Shown: piece by piece, positions 61,789 through 64,000 of the stretch
Layout of the letters: each line of letters begins with the position of its first letter
Position numbering within the stretch: the first letter of the stretch is position 1
Assembly: GCA_035461245.1 (NCBI GenBank)
Contig: DATHVP010000148.1
Coordinates: 75 to 64,074 of the forward strand
From: Longimicrobiales bacterium
Lineage (GTDB): Bacteria > Gemmatimonadota > Gemmatimonadetes > Longimicrobiales > RSA9
DNA: 64,000 nt
Direction of reading: 5' to 3'
Notes under the pieces: model-generated
Seen by the model: the letters and a program-made list of their open reading frames with translations, nothing else
Told to the model about the DNA's origin: nothing
The model's database searches: none
Translations under genes and position numbers: made by a program

Positions 61789-62718
61789 ATGCAACGTGAT
61801 TCCGGCTCCACGTCACCCGGCCCGGTAATCGGCGCGGCGCTCGTGCTGGGCGCCGCGTCGCTGTGGGGCACGTTCGGCATCTTCGCGAAGTACCTCTACG
61901 CCGCCGGCTTCGAGACGGTCGAGCTCGCCAGCGTGCGCGCCGCCGTTGCATTCATCGGTGTTGCACTGTTCGCCCTCATCAACGCCGCGCGCGGCCGCGG
62001 CAGTGTGCGCGTGCCACTCCGCGCACTCCCCTTCTTCGCCGCGTACGGCATCCTCGGCTTCGCGTTCTTCGAGCTGGTCTTCTTCGCATCCATGGAGCAC
62101 ACCAGCGTAGCCGTCGCGGTGGCGCTGCTCTACACCGCGCCCGCATTCGTGGTGTTCATGTCCGCGCTGCTCTGGCGCGAGCGTGTCGACCGCACGCGCG
62201 TCGTGTCGCTCGTCATGATCCTGTGTGGTGTGCTGCTCGTCACCGGCGCGGCGGGTGCACTGGTGCGCGGCACCGCGACGCTGTCCGCACGCGCACTGCT
62301 GCTCGGCCTCGGCGCCGGTTTCGGCTACGCGCTCTACACCATGTTCAGCAAGGTGGCGATGCAGCGCCACGACGCAGTGACGTCACTCTTCTGGTCCTTC
62401 CTGTTCGCGGCCATCCCGCTCGCCATCGCGGCCTCGCCGGTCTCACCGTTCGTGCGCGCTCCCGAGCACACACTGCTGCTCGTGATGCTGGGGATCGTGC
62501 CGACCATCCTGCCCTACGCGCTGTACCTGGCCGCGCTGCGCGCGCTGCGCGCCAGCACCGCCGCCATGCTCGCATCGCTGGAGCCGGTGGTGGCCGCACT
62601 GCTCGCGTGGGCACTGCTGTCGGAAGGCATGGATGCGGTGCAGGCCGCCGGCATGGCGCTGGTGGTGGGGGCTGCGGTGATCCTCGCGCGGACCGAGGCC
62701 GGACGGGCCGAGGGGTGA
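61789..62718 (+). CDS. EamA/DMT family transporter
   Basis: About 10 predicted transmembrane helices arranged as two EamA repeats. Confidence 0.8.
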   Translation: MQRDSGSTSPGPVIGAALVLGAASLWGTFGIFAKYLYAAGFETVELASVRAAVAFIGVALFALINAARGRGSVRVPLRALPFFAAYGILGFAFFELVFFASMEHTSVAVAVALLYTAPAFVVFMSALLWRERVDRTRVVSLVMILCGVLLVTGAAGALVRGTATLSARALLLGLGAGFGYALYTMFSKVAMQRHDAVTSLFWSFLFAAIPLAIAASPVSPFVRAPEHTLLLVMLGIVPTILPYALYLAALRALRASTAAMLASLEPVVAALLAWALLSEGMDAVQAAGMALVVGAAVILARTEAGRAEG

Positions 62719-62721
62719 AGG

Positions 62722-64000
62722 TCAGTCCTGCACTGCGGTGCAGCCGGTCGTGCGGTCGAACTCGAGGACGATGCGTTGCGCGGCGGCGCCGACGTCGGCC
62801 GTAGTGCACACGATCACCTGGGCCGCCTCGTCGCGCAGCACGTGGAGCAGCGCATCGCGGCGCGCAGCGGACAGGCCGGCGAAGGGTTCGTCGACGATGA
62901 GCAGGCGGTTGTGCTTGCCGTCGTCGAGCACGCGCATGACGGCCAGGCGCAGCGCGAGCGCGAAGAGTTCCTCGTCGGCGCCGCCCGGTGCGGGCAGTAC
63001 GGTGTCACCGCTGCGTGCGAACACGCGGCCGTCCTCCTGGATGACGAGGCCGGTGCAGCGTGAGGCGGTGACACGTGCGACGATGTCGCCGGCATGCGTC
63101 TCGAGCGTGCGCAGCAGCGCGGTGTCGGGCGGCGCTGCCAGCACGCCGCGGGCGCTGTCGGCCGCGGAGCGGAGCGCGTCGACGTAGAGCAGTGCGCGAC
63201 GCCGGTCGGTCGCGACGGTCCACAACTCCTGCATGGCCTGCTCGCAGCGCGCAACGCGCTCCGTGCGGTCGGCGACGAGCTCGCGCAGGCGGGTACGCCG
63301 CGTGTCGGCGGCGCCGACGTCGGGCGGCTTCTGTGCAAGCTGTGCCTGCCGCTGTGCCAGCCACTTGATGTCCTGTGCGGCGGAGTAGACCTCGTCGTCG
63401 AGCCGCGCGATGAGTTGCTCGACGGAGCCGCCGAGCGGGTGCTCGCACGTGGGGCATACGCCGGATCCGCGCGCGCCGCCGGCCAGCCGCTCGATCTGGC
63501 CCCTGATCTCGTCCACGCGACGGCGGTAGGCGGCCAGGCGCGTCTCGACGTCCTGTCGCTTCTGCGCCCACTCGTCGTGCAGCCGCTCCGCCTCACGCTC
63601 GGCCGACTCCAGGTCCGAACGCGCGCGCTTCAGCTCGGGCGCGTACTGCGCGAGCAGGTCCGGCGCGCTCTGGAGCGTGCGGATGCGCTCGTCGGATTCC
63701 GCAATCTCCTGCTGCAACGTCTCGAGCGGGGACGGTGGCGGCGGCGTGGGCGTGCCCAGCAGGCGCGCGAGCGCGCGCAGTCGCTCCGGCGGCCGCAGCT
63801 CGACGAGGTGGCGCAGCTCACGGCTGCCGGTGACCGACCCGTGCAGGAAGCTGTCGCGCCTCCCGGTAAGCGGTGCGAGTGCGTCGTCGACGGCTGCGTC
63901 CTCGGCGATGAGGCTGCCGTCGCGATGCAGCGTCACGGCCGGCGCAGTGCCGTGCAGTGTGCGCGTGACGCGATAGTGCGCGCCGCCGATCGTGAAGTCG
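62722..64000 (-). CDS. SbcC/Rad50-like AAA ATPase, C-terminal part (gene continues beyond the window)
   Basis: Coiled-coil region with the CxxC zinc hook (CPTCEHPL) and C-terminal Walker B/D-loop LLIVDEPFAGLS. The frame stays open to position 64000. Confidence 0.7.
   Translation of the reverse strand, partial: DFTIGGAHYRVTRTLHGTAPAVTLHRDGSLIAEDAAVDDALAPLTGRRDSFLHGSVTGSRELRHLVELRPPERLRALARLLGTPTPPPPSPLETLQQEIAESDERIRTLQSAPDLLAQYAPELKRARSDLESAEREAERLHDEWAQKRQDVETRLAAYRRRVDEIRGQIERLAGGARGSGVCPTCEHPLGGSVEQLIARLDDEVYSAAQDIKWLAQRQAQLAQKPPDVGAADTRRTRLRELVADRTERVARCEQAMQELWTVATDRRRALLYVDALRSAADSARGVLAAPPDTALLRTLETHAGDIVARVTASRCTGLVIQEDGRVFARSGDTVLPAPGGADEELFALALRLAVMRVLDDGKHNRLLIVDEPFAGLSAARRDALLHVLRDEAAQVIVCTTADVGAAAQRIVLEFDRTTGCTAVQD

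Noticed and set aside
60407-61951. 514-aa minus-strand ORF
   Set aside because: It is antisense to the DUF2723 membrane protein gene. It is extremely Arg-rich and has no motifs.

Overview
This is a high-GC bacterial chromosomal window. Gram-negative hallmarks are present: a SusC/SusD pair, OMP beta-barrels ending in Phe, and many lipobox lipoproteins. The lineage is not determinable from the sequence alone; a Gemmatimonadota-like organism is only a guess. I call about 55 protein genes. Most are housekeeping or metabolic:
- a met operon (aspartokinase, metX, metB)
- queG and queE
- ftsH and clpP
- trpE
- threonine dehydratase plus RidA
- proline dehydrogenase
- a GMC oxidoreductase pair
- a penicillin/AHL-type acylase
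- two M28 peptidases
- a partial SbcC-like ATPase at the right edge

No rRNA gene, tRNA gene or CRISPR array was seen. Most of the very long extra ORFs in the six-frame track are antisense shadow ORFs, which are typical of high-GC DNA.

The main finding is a compact lasso-peptide (RiPP) gene cluster on the minus strand at 12367-15110. It encodes a PqqD-like RRE, a transglutaminase-like protease and an Asn-synthetase-like cyclase, all joined by ATGA stop/start overlaps. A 49-aa precursor gene follows, placed downstream of the cyclase. Its leader fits YxxPxLx3Gx5TxG, and the predicted core is GMGGRFLESYLNRSWSDFDPDEVD with a Gly1-Glu8 ring. An OmpR-type two-component system lies upstream, with phased direct repeats in the cluster promoter. 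A PAS hybrid histidine kinase lies downstream. No exporter or isopeptidase gene is visible.

Secondary findings:
- a Met-codon-rich leader ORF with alternative hairpins and an intrinsic terminator in front of the met operon, which begins with an aspartokinase lacking ACT domains
- a four-helix-bundle gene flanked by about 50-bp inverted repeats that carry a GC hairpin, with a related 13-mer tandem array 5 kb away
- a 14-nt palindromic tandem repeat upstream of trpE

All start codons were chosen by eye and several remain uncertain.
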